Part shown: positions 12,501 through 37,241 of the stretch, in pieces
Position numbering within the stretch: position 1 is the first letter of the stretch
Layout of the letters: the number at the start of each line of letters is the position of its first letter
From: Macrostomum lignano
Lineage: Eukaryota
Reading direction: 5' to 3'
Length of the DNA: 64,000 nt
Assembly: GCA_002269645.1 (NCBI GenBank)
Contig: NIVC01003669.1
Coordinates: forward strand, 19,922-83,921
Made by a program: the position numbers and the translations under genes
Notes under the pieces: generated by a model
Database searches by the model: none
Seen by the model: only the letters and a program-made list of their open reading frames with translations
What the model was told of the DNA's origin: nothing

Positions 12501-15500
12501 CAGGGGCAGAGAGGAGATGCAGGACAGAGAGGAGATGCAGGGCAGAGAGGAGATGCAGGGCAGAGAGGAGATGCAGGGCAGAGAGGAGATGCAGGGCAGA
12601 GAGGAGATGCAGGGCAGAGAGGAGATGCAGGGCAGAGAGGAGATGCAGAGGACGCAGAGGCCTCACCGGAAGTTGACGGACAGCGTGTCCGGCGAGCCCT
12701 CCAGCTGGAAGTGAAAATTCTCGTCGAAGTCGCCCAGCATGGCCGAGCAGAAGCGGATGTGGATGGCCTGATGGCCGCCCGGAGACACGATGCCATCGTC
12801 CGGGTGGAATTGAAAGCACTTGGCGAACTGGCTGTTGCTAGGCTGAATCTTGTAAATCGCATCGATGTGGCCTTTGTTCGCGAGCACGAGCTCGTAGGTG
12901 TGCACGGAGTTCACGAACAGGAAGCCCAGGTCGAGACTGTCGAAGCTGAACTGAATTTTCGGGCCAACCCCGATGCCGGTGACCTTCAAGGCCAGGCGGG
13001 TCTGCCGGCCGGTGACGTCGCAGAACACGGTGCGATTGTAGGTGGTGGCCTCCCCCGGGCGGAAGGTCAGCGTGACCTCCCGGCTGCTGTTCGGCCAGAC
13101 CTCGCCGGACACCGGATTCACCTGCATGGTTGCATCAGATTTTTGGATCATTAACCAAGATTTGTTTGAACCATTCGAGACCAACCAATGTGAATCATCC
13201 AAGATCCTTGTGAATCATCCAAGATCCTTGTGAATCATCCAAGATCCTTGTGAATCATCCAAGATCCTTGTGAATTATCCAAGATCCTTGTGAATCATTC
13301 AAGATCCTTGTGAATCATCCAAGATCCTTGTGAATCATTCAAGATCCTTGTGAATTATCCAAGATCCTTGTGAATCATCCAAGATCCTTGTGAATCATCC
13401 AAGATCCTTGTGAATCATCCAAGATCCTTGTGAATCATCCAAGATCCTTGTGAATCATCCAAGATCCTTGTGAATCACCCAAGATCCTTGTGAATCATCC
13501 AAGATCCTTGTGAATCATCCAAGATCCTTGTGAATCATCCAAGATCCTTGTGAATCATCCAAGATCCTTGTGAATTATCCAAGATCCTTGTGAAGCATTC
13601 AAGATCCTTGTGAATCATCCAAGATCCTTGTGAATCACCCAAGATCCTTGTGAATCATCCAAGATCCTTGTGAATCATCCAAGATCCTTGTGAATCATCC
13701 AAGATCCTTGTGAATCATTCAAGATCCTTGTGAATCATTAAGGATCCTTGTGAATCATTCAAGATCCTTGTGAATCATTCAAGACCACTGTGAATCATCC
13801 AAGATCACTGTGAATCATTCAAGACCCTTGTGAATCATTCAAGACCCTTGTGAACCACTCAAGACCCTTGTAAATCAATTAAGACCATTGTGAATCATCC
13901 AAGCCCCTTATGAACCATTCAAGACACTTGTGAGTTATCCAAGACCATTGTAAATCATCTAAGATCATTGTGAATTATCCAAGACCATCGTGAATCATCC
14001 AATACCATTTTGAATTCATCAAATGACATCCGTGATAGTCAGAGACCAGTTTATACGATAAAAAACGGTAAAAATAACTTTAAAAAAGTGGTGTAAAAAC
14101 CACACAAAATCCCCGACAAAAAACCAACCTGTAGCACGTCATCCTCAAAGACGAGCTCATTATCCTCGATCTGCTTTCTCCTATTCAGAAAGCTGCGATT
14201 AATGATGGCCATCTTGTCCTTGACAGTGGGATCAGCTCCCAGCTCCTCGGCAAATCGCTTCATCTCCGCCTGTCGATCAATATCCGACAGTCTCTCCAGC
14301 ATCTCGCGCTCCATCTCCTCTTCCAGGGCGGTGGCAAATTTGGTGAATCGAAAACTGGCCATCGCGTCGCTGCGGTTCACGATGGTGACTGCGCGCTGGT
14401 TGGCCAGCCCGACGTACGTGCTCTCGATGCGGATGGCGCTTTTGTCCAGGCGGACGTTCACGTCCTGACCGACGCCCGTCAGGGACATGTAGATTCTCTC
14501 GCCTGTGTCGTATTCGATCTCCAGGTCGCCCTGGTGCGGCTCCGAGGTCTGCGGCTCGAATGCGACGCAGACTTGCAGGGACTCTTGGATGGCCAGGGTG
14601 CCAGTGCTCGGGGTGACGTGGAATGGGCTGCGGGTTTGGGATGTCAGACTGGAGATTCGATGTGGCAGAATAAATTTCCCTAGGAACTCACTAGATTTCC
14701 CTAGGAACACACTAGATTTCCAAAGCAACTCACTAGATTTTCTTAGCAACACACAAAATTTCCCTAGCAACTCACTAGATTTCCCTAGCAACGCACTATA
14801 GTGCCCTAGCAACGCACTAGATGGCCCTAGCAACGAACTAGATTTCCCTAGCAACGCACTAGATTTCCCTAGCAATGCACAAGATTTCCCAGGAACACAC
14901 TAGATTTCCCTAGCAACACACTAAATTTTCTAGCAACACACTAGATTTCCCAGAAACACACTAGATTTCCTTAGCAACACACTATAGTCCCCTAGCAGCG
15001 CACTAGATGGCCTTAGCAACGAATTAGATTTCCCTAGCAACGAACTAGATTTCCCTAGCAACATACTAGATTTCCCTAGCAACGCACTAGATTTCCCTAG
15101 CAACACACTAGATTTCCCTAGTAACGCACTAGATTTCCCTAGCAACGCACTAGACTTCCCTAGCAACTCACTAGTTTTCCCTAGCAAACCACTCACCCGC
15201 TAGTCCTGAGGAAGAACTTGGCCTCCCGATTGCCCACATTGCGCACCAGCAGGCTCCGCTCAGTCTTGTACTTCACCGGACAGGTGTCAAAGTTCACGCT
15301 GTCCGGGAAGTCGAGAATCGCCCTGGCGCCGACGCAGCGCACTGGTACAACGAATTTCTCGCGCTCCGTGATGCACATGAGCTCGTGAGTGTAGTCCTTC
15401 TTCTCGTCCGGTATGAACTGAATGAGGAAGGTCAAGGCCAGGCCCGGGGCGCACTTCTCGCCCACGTTGTTGGGGCTGATGATTTTGAAGTAGGGCGAGT

Positions 15501-18354
15501 CGGCCTGGACTACTTTCACCAGACGGGGCACCTGGGGGAAATGGAAAACGGATGGGGGGATTGTTTGCTTTGTGTTGTTGGTTTTAGTGGTGCCGTTTTG
15601 TGTTGTTATTGTTGTTAGTGGTGCCGTTTTGTGTTGTCATTGTTGTTAGTGGTGCCGTTTTGTGTTGTTATTGTTGTTAGTGGTGCTGTTTTGTGTTGTT
15701 ATTGTTGTTAGTGGTGCCGTTTTGTGTTGTTATTGTTGTTAGTGGTGCTGTTTTGTGTTGTTATTGTTGTTAGTGGTGCTGTTTTGTGTTGTTATTGTTG
15801 TTAGTAGTGCCGTTTTGTGTTGTTATTGTTGTTAGTGGTGCTGTTTTGTGTTGTTATTGCTGTTAGTGGAGCCGTTTGTTGTTATTTTTGTTAGTGGAGC
15901 CGATTGTGTTGTTACTGTTGTTAGTGGTGCTGCTTTGTGTTGTTATTGTTGTTAGTAGTGCCGTTTTGTGTTGTTATTGTTGTTAGTAGTGCTGTTTTGT
16001 GTTGTTATTGTTGTTAGTGGTGCTGTTTTGTGTTGTTATTGTTGTTAGTGGTGCTGTTTTGTGTTGTTATTGCTGTTAGTGGAGCCGTTTGTTGTTATTT
16101 TTGTTAGTGGAGCCGATTGTGTTGTTACTGTTGTTAGTGGTGCTGCCTTGTGTTGTTATTGTTGTTAGTGGAGCCGATTGTGTTGTTACTGTTGTTAGTG
16201 GTGCTGCTTTGTGTTGTTATTGTTGTTAGTAGTGCCGTTTTGTGTTGTTATTGTTGTTAGTGGTGCTGTTTTGTGTTGTTATTGTTGTTAGTGGTGCTGT
16301 TTTGTGTTGTTATTGTTGTTAGTGGTGCTGTTTTGTGTTGTTATTGTTGTTAGTGGAGCCGTTTGTTGTTATTTTTGTTAGTGGAGCCGATTGTGTTGTT
16401 ACTGTTGTTAGTGGTGCTGCTTTGTGTTGCTATTAGTGTTAGTTCTGCATTGGGTGCATTCCCAAATTATGTTTAAAAAATCAGTTAGATATAAAAAGTC
16501 GCGAACCTTGTCATTATTTCTGAGCAGCAGAGGCAGCTCGTGAGCAATATTGGGCTCATAGTTGACGAATACCAGCTCAGACGGGTAGGGCTGGAAGATC
16601 GGCTCCTCGATGTCCACTTGAGAGAACTGAAGCAGAAATTATGCATTGAACTTTCATTGATTAGTTTTTACTGCAATTTTCGCACTGCTACATAGACACG
16701 GATACGGGACAGAGTTTCCACCAATTTAGAACAATTTCAGACAAGCGGACTACGAAATATTGCATTGAAGCAATGCTTCCAGGCAATTTAATAAAACAAA
16801 AAATCAAAAGAGAATCGTGCGGATTTTTGCTTTTGAAAAATAGTGAATCGTGTGCAAAATTAATTTATATATAATAAATATCTGTGGCTTGCGGTGATTT
16901 ACCTTTCGGTGTGCAGAAATTATTAATAATATGTGACGATAGTTTTGCAATAGAGATTTTATATAACTGCTTTGCAATTTAAGTCTAAAAGGGGACAACC
17001 CTTTAAGGGGAGTAGACACCCCATCTGAACGTGGACACCCTCACCTGGAAGTGGACACCCTCACCTGGAAGTGGACAGCCTCACCTGGAAGTGGACACCC
17101 TCACCTGGAAGTGGACACCCTCACCTGGAAGTGGACACCCTCACCTGGAAGCGGACACCCTCACCTGGAAGTGGACACCCTCACCTGGAAGTGGACGCCC
17201 CATCGACTATCAAATAAAAGCAGCAGAAAATCAGAAACAAGAGCGGCAAGCAATTTGAAAACAACTGAAAAAGCAACACAAATTTTTGCTGGGCTACAAT
17301 TATTCTTTTTCAAATTTAATTCGTACATTCTCGTCGAAGTAAATTATTTTCGGCTTGTTTCGCTCCTGGAAGAGAATTAAACACGACAGATTGACAGGTG
17401 ACGTTCTGCTAATACAAATAGAGCATTCTGGAGCCTTCTGCTCCTTGTGCTCCCTGTGAGCTTCTAAGCTACATCATGTGAGACAAAGTTGGTTTTCAAC
17501 TAAAAATTCTAACTATAGCTAAACTAAAAGACTGACTTTTTAAGTCTAAAATTGACTTAAACATTTAAAGTACAAAACATTTATTGATCTGGTGAAGACT
17601 TGATCTACTCTACAGTGTGATTAGGAGTTTTACATTTAGCGTAAAAAATTCTAAATGTTTTACTCGTATGTAAGACTATTATTTATTTTTGTTTAAAAAT
17701 ATCTGTTTAACTTCTAGAATAATAATTCAATGTATTGTTTCTAAAAAGCAAAGTAAATTATTCAAAAGTTTTTATCAGAAACTTCTATAAAATACACGAA
17801 TACAATTTCATAATTTGAGCTCATTAGTCATTACCACAGCTAATGACAACCTATAAAAGTATATATTTGTTCCTAATGAAATCAAATCGAAAGCTGGCTC
17901 ACCCTCTGATGCGTTGTCTCGCCCATGTCCAACAGGTTCAGCTTCTTTGGCAGCTGCATGTTGTGCGTATTGGCAAGCTTCTTTTCCGTGGTCAATGACA
18001 TTTGGAACATGTATTGTGACGGGGTCATCTAAGGGTAGGTGAGTTTTGATATTATTATATAAGCAAATACTTTTTAAACAATAAATAAACCCACAAAAAT
18101 GACTTATAAGCATACAGCTTTTATTTAGAAAAAAATCAAAACAGGTTAATAAAACTGAAAATGAAAAAAACAATAACAAATAAATTGCCATGGTTTTCAT
18201 AAATCAAACTCACCTTAAATGGTGGCGGATCTTCCCGAAGCAGCTTTGGGTTGCGCGGCGCCACAACATGACTCTCATAATTGCGCGCATCTGGGTCCAG
18301 CAAGTCTAGGGTACCGGTGGTGCCCAGAACTTGACCAAAGGGTCCCAGCGGCAT
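1712..18354 (-). CDS. HYDIN: HYDIN axonemal central-pair protein, 5' part (14 exons, ~2096 codons; continues beyond window position 1)
   Basis: Spliced peptides match Hydin as I recall it (TPSQYM..SLTTEKKLANT..LLDMGETTHQR/FSQVDIEEPIFQPYPSE..LRNNDK/VPRLVKV; repeated ASH/PapD-like Ig blocks; GAPLSGKS adenylate-kinase-like motif). All junctions are GT-AG and phase-consistent. Confidence 0.95.
3550..3935. repeat. 21-bp intronic minisatellite
   Basis: gtagcttccggttcctatgca. Confidence 0.9.
3971..4438 (-). CDS. HYDIN: HYDIN exon 13
   Basis: DKEIVPLGIEEVFDILP...FQRTFK; aacag / gttagt. Confidence 0.9.
4480..4910. repeat. 32-bp intronic minisatellite (~13 copies)
   Basis: tcattatagtggggattcccctcgattctcaa. 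Confidence 0.95.
5044..5769 (-). CDS. HYDIN: HYDIN exon 12
   Basis: SVTLEIGDSL..RGEVHFPNL..FGCILNHTE..YRWKFL; cgcag / gtgaat. Confidence 0.9.
5880..6670. repeat. GGGATTCCCC-rich array with a 282-bp higher-order duplication
   Basis: block at 6001 recurs at 6283. Confidence 0.85.
6716..6847 (-). CDS. HYDIN: HYDIN exon 11 (alternative in-frame acceptor at 6853)
   Basis: HEELECLTQPLSLENVS...SLET; donor gtgagt. Confidence 0.85.
6960..7780. repeat. 17/21-bp intronic minisatellite
   Basis: ttcactcaaaatgacta. Confidence 0.95.
7800..8246 (-). CDS. HYDIN: HYDIN exon 10
   Basis: AYGQGTTIVTD...FRVEK; cgcag / gtgagc. Confidence 0.9.
8300..9260. repeat. 21/23-bp pyrimidine-rich minisatellite
   Basis: ctccctcactgtctcctccct(ct). 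Confidence 0.95.
9294..9728 (-). CDS. HYDIN: HYDIN exon 9
   Basis: GIIQPKSTFQ...QVALQ; tgcag / gtgaga. Confidence 0.9.
9780..10380. repeat. 26-bp minisatellite
   Basis: tgtac(g/a)caaagactatgaatgtacat. Confidence 0.95.
10421..10610 (-). CDS. HYDIN: HYDIN exon 8
   Basis: SIVPDIMLE...FSPKPK; cccag / gttggt; phase 2-0. Confidence 0.9.
10660..11090. repeat. 23-bp minisatellite
   Basis: ctttgagcaggcttaatctacat. Confidence 0.95.
11163..11561 (-). CDS. HYDIN: HYDIN exon 7
   Basis: GSVIGPTFHFE...IPIVAK; tccag / gtgagt; phase 2-2. Confidence 0.9.
11620..12650. repeat. 18/19-bp purine-rich minisatellite
   Basis: gggcagagaggagatgca. Confidence 0.95.
12667..13121 (-). CDS. HYDIN: HYDIN exon 6
   Basis: VNPVSGEVWPNS...LSVNFR; tgcag / gtgagg; phase 0-2. 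Confidence 0.9.
13190..14010. repeat. 20-bp minisatellite
   Basis: aagatccttgtgaatcatcc. Confidence 0.95.
14129..14627 (-). CDS. HYDIN: HYDIN exon 5
   Basis: PFHVTPSTGTL...EDDVLQ; cgcag / gttggt; phase 2-0. Confidence 0.9.
14670..15185. repeat. 21-bp minisatellite
   Basis: ctagatttccctagcaacgca. Confidence 0.95.
15197..15531 (-). CDS. HYDIN: HYDIN exon 4
   Basis: VPRLVKVVQADSPYFKII...; cccag / gtgagt; phase 0-2. Confidence 0.9.
15570..16440. repeat. ~31-bp G/T-rich minisatellite
   Basis: gttagtggtgctgttttgtgttgttattgtt. Confidence 0.95.
16507..16626 (-). CDS. HYDIN: HYDIN exon 3 (FSQVDIEEPIFQPYPSE...RNNDK)
   Basis: ttcag acceptor, gttcgc donor, 120 nt. Confidence 0.9.
17030..17200. repeat. 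20-bp minisatellite (~8 copies)
   Basis: gtggacaccctcacctggaa. Confidence 0.95.
17903..18028 (-). CDS. HYDIN: HYDIN coding exon 2 (MTPSQYMFQMSLTTEKKLANTHNMQLPKKLNLLDMGETTHQR)
   Basis: Hand-translated, not in the ORF track in this frame; ttag acceptor, gtgagc donor; 126 nt; conserved Hydin N-terminal motif. Confidence 0.9.
18214..18354 (-). CDS. HYDIN: HYDIN coding exon 1 (MPLGPFG...DPPPFK)
   Basis: cag|AAAA-ATG at 18354; donor gtgagt; phase 0. Confidence 0.8.
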
Positions 18355-19903
18355 TTTTCTGTACAATAATTTAGTAGATATTATGACATTAAATTTTTTT
18401 GTTGATGCCAGAAATTTTATGCCTACAAACCATGTTACTTAAACTAAAATTATTACAAGCATGCATACATAATTTATTTGTCTATTTTTAGACAAAAATA
18501 CTTAAAATTCAAAAATAAAGAATTTCAATTCCAACTTTGTTTTATAATTGTAATTTAACTTTTCCAATAATCTTTGAATTGTAAATTATAATACATTCAT
18601 ATAATAATTGTATATATTGCAAACAAAATTAAGGATTATTTTAACAACAAAATAAAATAGCTAACCCCTTAATAATTTTGATGCTATATGATAAAAATCA
18701 CATCAGTAAATACTTCTTTCTTCTAGGGTACAATGCACTCTGAATGTAAATTTTTGAAAGCAATTTAAAGTTCACACTGATAACACTACCACAAATCAGG
18801 GCTTCAACACTAGTCAGCCAACGAATATTGATACTATCAAGCCTGAGAGTTTAAAATAATTTACCTTTTTTCAGCAGAAGTATTTCAATATTCTTTCCTA
18901 GTCATAAAACAGACTCAGAAAGAAAGTCTTTGCCTCGATCGATGAAAACAATTTGTGAAATTAGCATTAAGCATTCTAGATTTTAAACATTAAAAATATT
19001 TTGTTGCTAATGCACGATATGTATCTATAAATGCTACATGTTTATTTTGATATTTATAATTCAAAAACCAAAAATAGTTCGATTGCATTTAAAAATTTAT
19101 TAGGTTTAGAATCTAAACTAAGTTTTTACTGCATTCTTTGTTAAAACAGTTAACAGTATATTTTCCGGTATAACTTTAGTGTCTTCGGTTAACAACAGTC
19201 GAAAATTCCGTAAAAAGTGAAGCAGTTTGTCTGTTATCATTCTCACGGTTCTCAGCATTTTTTGTATCAGTCACAGTTTATCATAGTTTTTCTAATCATA
19301 CACGTGTAAGTGCCATGAATTTCACAAATACGGATAATGGGCCACAATCTGACTACAGTTGCTGTCATGCATGTAGTGATGATCAATAGTAGTTTTTACA
19401 TGTAGATCTGTAGATCTGTATGCATGTAGATTAACTGATTTAGTCCCGGAATAAATAAAAATTGAATAAAACAAACCAGAGCTTAATTTAAAAAAAGATT
19501 TCAAAATCACAAAATTATCGTATTGTCAATTAAGGAATTTACAGGTATACGAGTATTCTATGCATTACACTGTATTTTACATATTATAACATAACTAAAA
19601 ATATCAGGTGATTTTAACTAGGAAATCAATCATGACAATGACTGCAAAGACAAGTGGGAAGCGCACGCAACAGTACGTCTTAGCAAAGTTATGGCAAGGA
19701 TAGGGTCAAATAGGAAAATACTCATATGACGACATATTGATTTAATTTCGAGTTGCAATAAGCAATACTTTGGAAGCTGACAGATTCGATAGGAAAATTG
19801 AAAACAAAGGATTGCAAAACAGTTCACATGGCACGCATTAAAATCTAATGTTATTTATATTAAATTCGAATAAAAACTTAATACCAAATACTAAAATCTA
19901 GAA

Positions 19904-19923
19904 TTTATTCTTTATTCTTTATT
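19904..19923 (-). terminator. Triple AATAAA polyadenylation signal for DEPDC5
   Basis: minus strand AATAAAGAATAAAGAATAAA, ~130 nt after the stop. Confidence 0.6.
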
Positions 19924-20053
19924 CTTGGCATAGAAACCACCCGAGCTTAAACAACAGGCTGGGCCATAGACACTTGAGCTCAGGCCTGCACCCAGCACCT
20001 GTCCCGGCCCCAACACCTGCACTGGACAACAGGCTGGGCCATAGACACTGAGC

Positions 20054-33352
<13,299 letters not shown>

Positions 33353-33459
33353 TTTTATGGCTATTCAAATAAACATTAAATCGCAGTTTTGAACGATCAA
33401 AAACTTGTGAAGCAGAAAATTTTTTATTGACAATTTTGTCCTTCGTTTCTAGGAATAAT

Positions 33460-34140
33460 CAGGGGTCTCGGTCACGAGTAATCTGGGGTCTGGGTCACGA
33501 GTAATCAGGAGTCTGGGTCACGAGTGATCAGGAGTCTGGGTCACGAGTGATCAGGAGTCTGGGTCACGAGTGATCAGAAATCTGGGTCACGAGTGATCAG
33601 GAGTCTGGGTCACGAGTGATCAGGAGTCTGGGTCACGAGTGATCAGGAGTCTGGGTCACGAGTGATCAGAAATCTGGGTCACGAGTGATCAGGAGTCTGG
33701 GTCACGAGTGATCAGGAGTCTGGGTCACGAGTGATCAGGAGTCTAGGTCACGAGTGATCAGGAGTCTGGGTCACGAGTGATCAAGAGTCTGGGTCACGAG
33801 TGATCAGGGGTCTGGGTCACAAGTGATCAGGAGTCTGGGTCACGAGTGATCAGGAGTCTAGGTCACGAGTGATCAGGGGTCTGGGTCACAAGTGATCAGG
33901 AGTCTGGGTCACGAGTGATCAGGGGTCTGGGTCACGAGTGATCAGGAGTCTGGGTCACGAGTGATCAGGAGTCTGGGTCACGAGTGATCAGGGGTCTGGG
34001 TCACAAGTGATCAGGAGTCTGGGTCACGAGTGATCAGGGGTCTGGGTCACGAGTGATCAGGAGTCTGGGTCACGAGTGATCAGGAGTCTAGGTCACGAGT
34101 GATCAGGGGTCTCGGTCACGAGTGATCAGAGGTCTGGTTC
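33460..34140. repeat. 23-bp minisatellite
   Basis: gggtcacgagtgatcaggagtct. Confidence 0.95.
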
Positions 34141-34411
34141 AAAGGGTCAGGGCTATCCAGGAGTAGATATAATTAGTTGAATATTTCAAATGAAAAAAAT
34201 CGAAATCAATTTAATATTTCTGTTATCAAATGCAAAAAATGCCGTCTCATAGCGTTTAGCTTTGAATATCAGCGTGTATATTTCAACATGATTATGATCA
34301 GTTTTGCATTTGCATACGTGCAATATATACACACACACTAATTCTCATTGACAGTACAAACCGTAAGCATAAAGTTTGATGGGAGATACAGCATAAAATA
34401 TATCCCTTGAA

Positions 34412-34810
34412 GAATCAGGGATGGGGTAGCAGCCAGATGGAGGATCAGGGATAGGGTAGCAGCCAGATGGAGGATCAGGGATGGGGTAGCAGCCAGATGG
34501 AGGATCAGGGATGGGGTAGCAGCCAGATGGAGGATCAGGGATAGGGTAGCAGCCAGATGGAGGATCAGGGATGGGGTAGCGGCCAGATGGAGGATCAGGG
34601 ATAGGGTAGCAGCCAGATGGAGGATCAGGGATGGGGTAGCGGCCAGATGGAGGATCAGGGATAGGGTAGCGGCCAGATGGAGGATCAGGGATAGGGTAGC
34701 AGCTAGATGGAGGATCAGGGATAGGGTAGCGGCCAGATGGAGGATCAGGGATAGGGTAGCGGCCAGATGGAGGATCAGGGATAGGGTAGCGGCCAGATGG
34801 AGGATGGGGT
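34412..34810. repeat. 30-bp minisatellite
   Basis: ggaggatcagggatagggtagc(a/g)gccagat. Confidence 0.95.
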
Positions 34811-34840
34811 GGGGTAACCACCAATCCCCTGAAGCAAGGC

Positions 34841-35440
34841 TCATCCCTTTAGCCCAGATTTGGGCCCTCCCGACGCCCCAGTCAACTTTTTCGCGGAGGC
34901 GGCCCGCTTGGCGGCGCGCGCCACATCGGCCTTGATGAAGTCCCGATCCTGACGCCAGGCGTCCAGAAACTCGCCGTCATCGTCCAGCTTGGGCCGGGCG
35001 GCGAAGAAGTCCAGGCCGAGCTGCACCCCGGCACGCAGAGGATGGAACTCGGCATTGGAGGCTGCCGGAGGTCGCTGCAGCTGACGCTGCCGACCGGTCG
35101 CCGCCGCTGTCCCGTCGTCGTCCTCCTCCTCTCCAAGCCGACCGCCAGTTTGGGGAAATTCAACATCGGCAGATTCGACAATTTCGGCGTCCAAATCCAG
35201 ATCGTCCTCGCCGAAGTCAAAGGCGAATGCGAACTTGGACCCGCCAGGTTCGTCGGGCCTGTTGATATCCAAGCCGGTTACTAGACCGTTGCTATGGACG
35301 CCAGACCCGTTGCTAGGGTTGTTGTTATTGCTGCTCTCACTACTATGCTTTTTGCTGTTAATTCGGCGCCGTTTTCGGCTGACATCATCAGCATCTGCCG
35401 CAGGCGCAGACGGCAGCTTGGACTTGTCTGTGGTGGCAGG
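34841..35440 (-). CDS. Methionine-less coding exon (199 aa + stop), acidic/basic, possibly nucleolar-type
   Basis: tgcag|CCT acceptor in phase 0; GC-rich open frame ending TGA; RKRRR basic patch, acidic tracts, C-terminal FF..W..R..K-A..K helix. A faint NOL8-like C-terminal resemblance is unverified. Confidence 0.65.
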   Translation of the reverse strand, partial: PATTDKSKLPSAPAADADDVSRKRRRINSKKHSSESSNNNNPSNGSGVHSNGLVTGLDINRPDEPGGSKFAFAFDFGEDDLDLDAEIVESADVEFPQTGGRLGEEEDDDGTAAATGRQRQLQRPPAASNAEFHPLRAGVQLGLDFFAARPKLDDDGEFLDAWRQDRDFIKADVARAAKRAASAKKLTGASGGPKSGLKG

Positions 35441-36052
35441 CTGCAATCCATTGAGTCAAAATTTCTCATTAATAATTGTTTTATTAAAGTATTAAAGTAA
35501 ATTAAAGTACACAGAACTACTATTCTATACAATATTATTACTAGTGTTCCATTGTAGCTACGGCTATGGGCTACGGCTACAGGATCTTACAGCAAATATG
35601 GTAAAAATAGGTGTCTACGGCAACTACAGATATGCCTATGGTAGATAGCTGCTCTTACAACTACGACTACAGAAATATGGTAGTTGTTGTCACATTCTGT
35701 AGTGTTGTGCCCAGGTGCACTTGCACCAATGAGCAATCTCTGGCTCTCAGTCAAGTGTGTCAGGCACTGCACTTCCACCCCTCCCGGCCGCATGCCTGCA
35801 CCAAACCACCCCCATTCTGTTTGTGTCAACCCCCCCATTCTGTCTGCGTCAACCCCCCTCCAGTTGCACCCACCCCACTGTCTGTTAGGCCAGCCGGCTT
35901 TGGCTGGCTGCAGCTCCAGTGTGCCCCCTCGCTCACCCTGTGATTGGCTGGTGGTCCAGCCAATTGGTTTGTATTCTTTCCCCCTTCCAATTGCGACCCT
36001 GACTTTGTAACTTTTATAAGACAATTATAATTTTGGCTAGCTGGGCCTGGTG

Positions 36053-36899
36053 TAGGCATTCCAATCCCGGGATCCCGGGATTTAGCCTCAAAACATGGGA
36101 TTTCAATCCTGGGATTTTTTGGGACTTGAAATTTAAGGATTTATGATCCTTGGGATTACAACAGTGCAGGATTGGGATCCTGGGATTGTTTCGGGATTCA
36201 AACTGATTTTAATTCTCTTTTTTTCAACTAATCGTGTAAAATTTGAAAAAAAGGTTCTACTTTAAAAATATGAAATAATACTACTGCAGCCTGCATGTCT
36301 GTATCAAAATCATACATAAAAAGCAGCAAAATTTGTTAGAGCAGTTTGTTAAGCAGAAATATAATTTTTTTTCGTTTTTGTAAGGTGTAATTTAATTTCA
36401 CATGTTCCTCAGTTGCCTGATGTCTAACACTGTAACGTGGCATTAAACATGACATTCACTTTGATAATTTACATTGATATTGCATAGCTAGCTATATAAC
36501 CTATATTAAAGCAAGTTATTATTGTTGTAATCAATTATTATCAATTATCTTTTATGGATAAATATTATTTATTATTATTAAACAATTTTCTATTTTTACT
36601 TGTACAATAACTAAGCAAAGAGAAGTTTATTGTATAAATATACCAGTTTGGACCATTAGCTATCATTATAAATATCATAATTATACTTTGTGGTTGTGGT
36701 GGAAGCTGGATACAGATGTTTCAATACATTTGATATTGGGATCCCAGTATCCTAGGATTTTTTTGAACTTTGAAGCGGGATCCCGGGATTACTTTCAGTC
36801 GGGATTTTCTGGGATTAGTGATCCCAGGATTTTAAACCATCAGGATTTCAAGATTTTTCAATCCTGGGATTGTAAATTGTCGGGATTTTGGAATCCCTA
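36053..36899. mobile_element. Non-autonomous hAT-type element (847 bp)
   Basis: Termini TAGG(C/G)ATTCCAA..TCCCG; 8-bp flanks GCCTGGTG / GCCTGGTT; subterminal GGGAT repeats. Confidence 0.8.
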
Positions 36900-37241
36900 G
36901 CCTGGTTTAGCAATACCCCAGGGCTCAACCAGCTAGCATAAATATAAATGTATGCAGGAGTGGTGGTAGGGGAGGCATCTTTTTGGTTGAATTGTGCAAG
37001 ACATAGCCATAAGTGATGCCATCTTTAGCTTATTCACTGTGATAATCAGAGTCACCATCAATAGTCATAATAATAATAATACACATCTCTTGGCTAAGAA
37101 ATTGCTTATTGCTCATTGCTAAAAGGATTAAATATAAAAACATGCCTTTTTATATATGTCAAACAGACATTTTGACTTGAAGTGAATTGTAAAAATGCTA
37201 GAGAAAAAACTGACTGACTGAATTCTAATAAAGATTATATC

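Noticed and set aside
3550-16440. Idea that intronic arrays avoid AG or have a fixed strand polarity
   Set aside because: Counter-examples are adjacent: the 8300-9260 array is AG-rich on the sense strand while 11620-12650 is AG-poor, and degeneracy gradients point in both directions.
35281-35532. Alternative-frame ORF containing ATG GAT TGC near the Met-less exon
   Set aside because: That ATG lies upstream of the acceptor, is out of frame with the long exon and gives a short, unstructured peptide.
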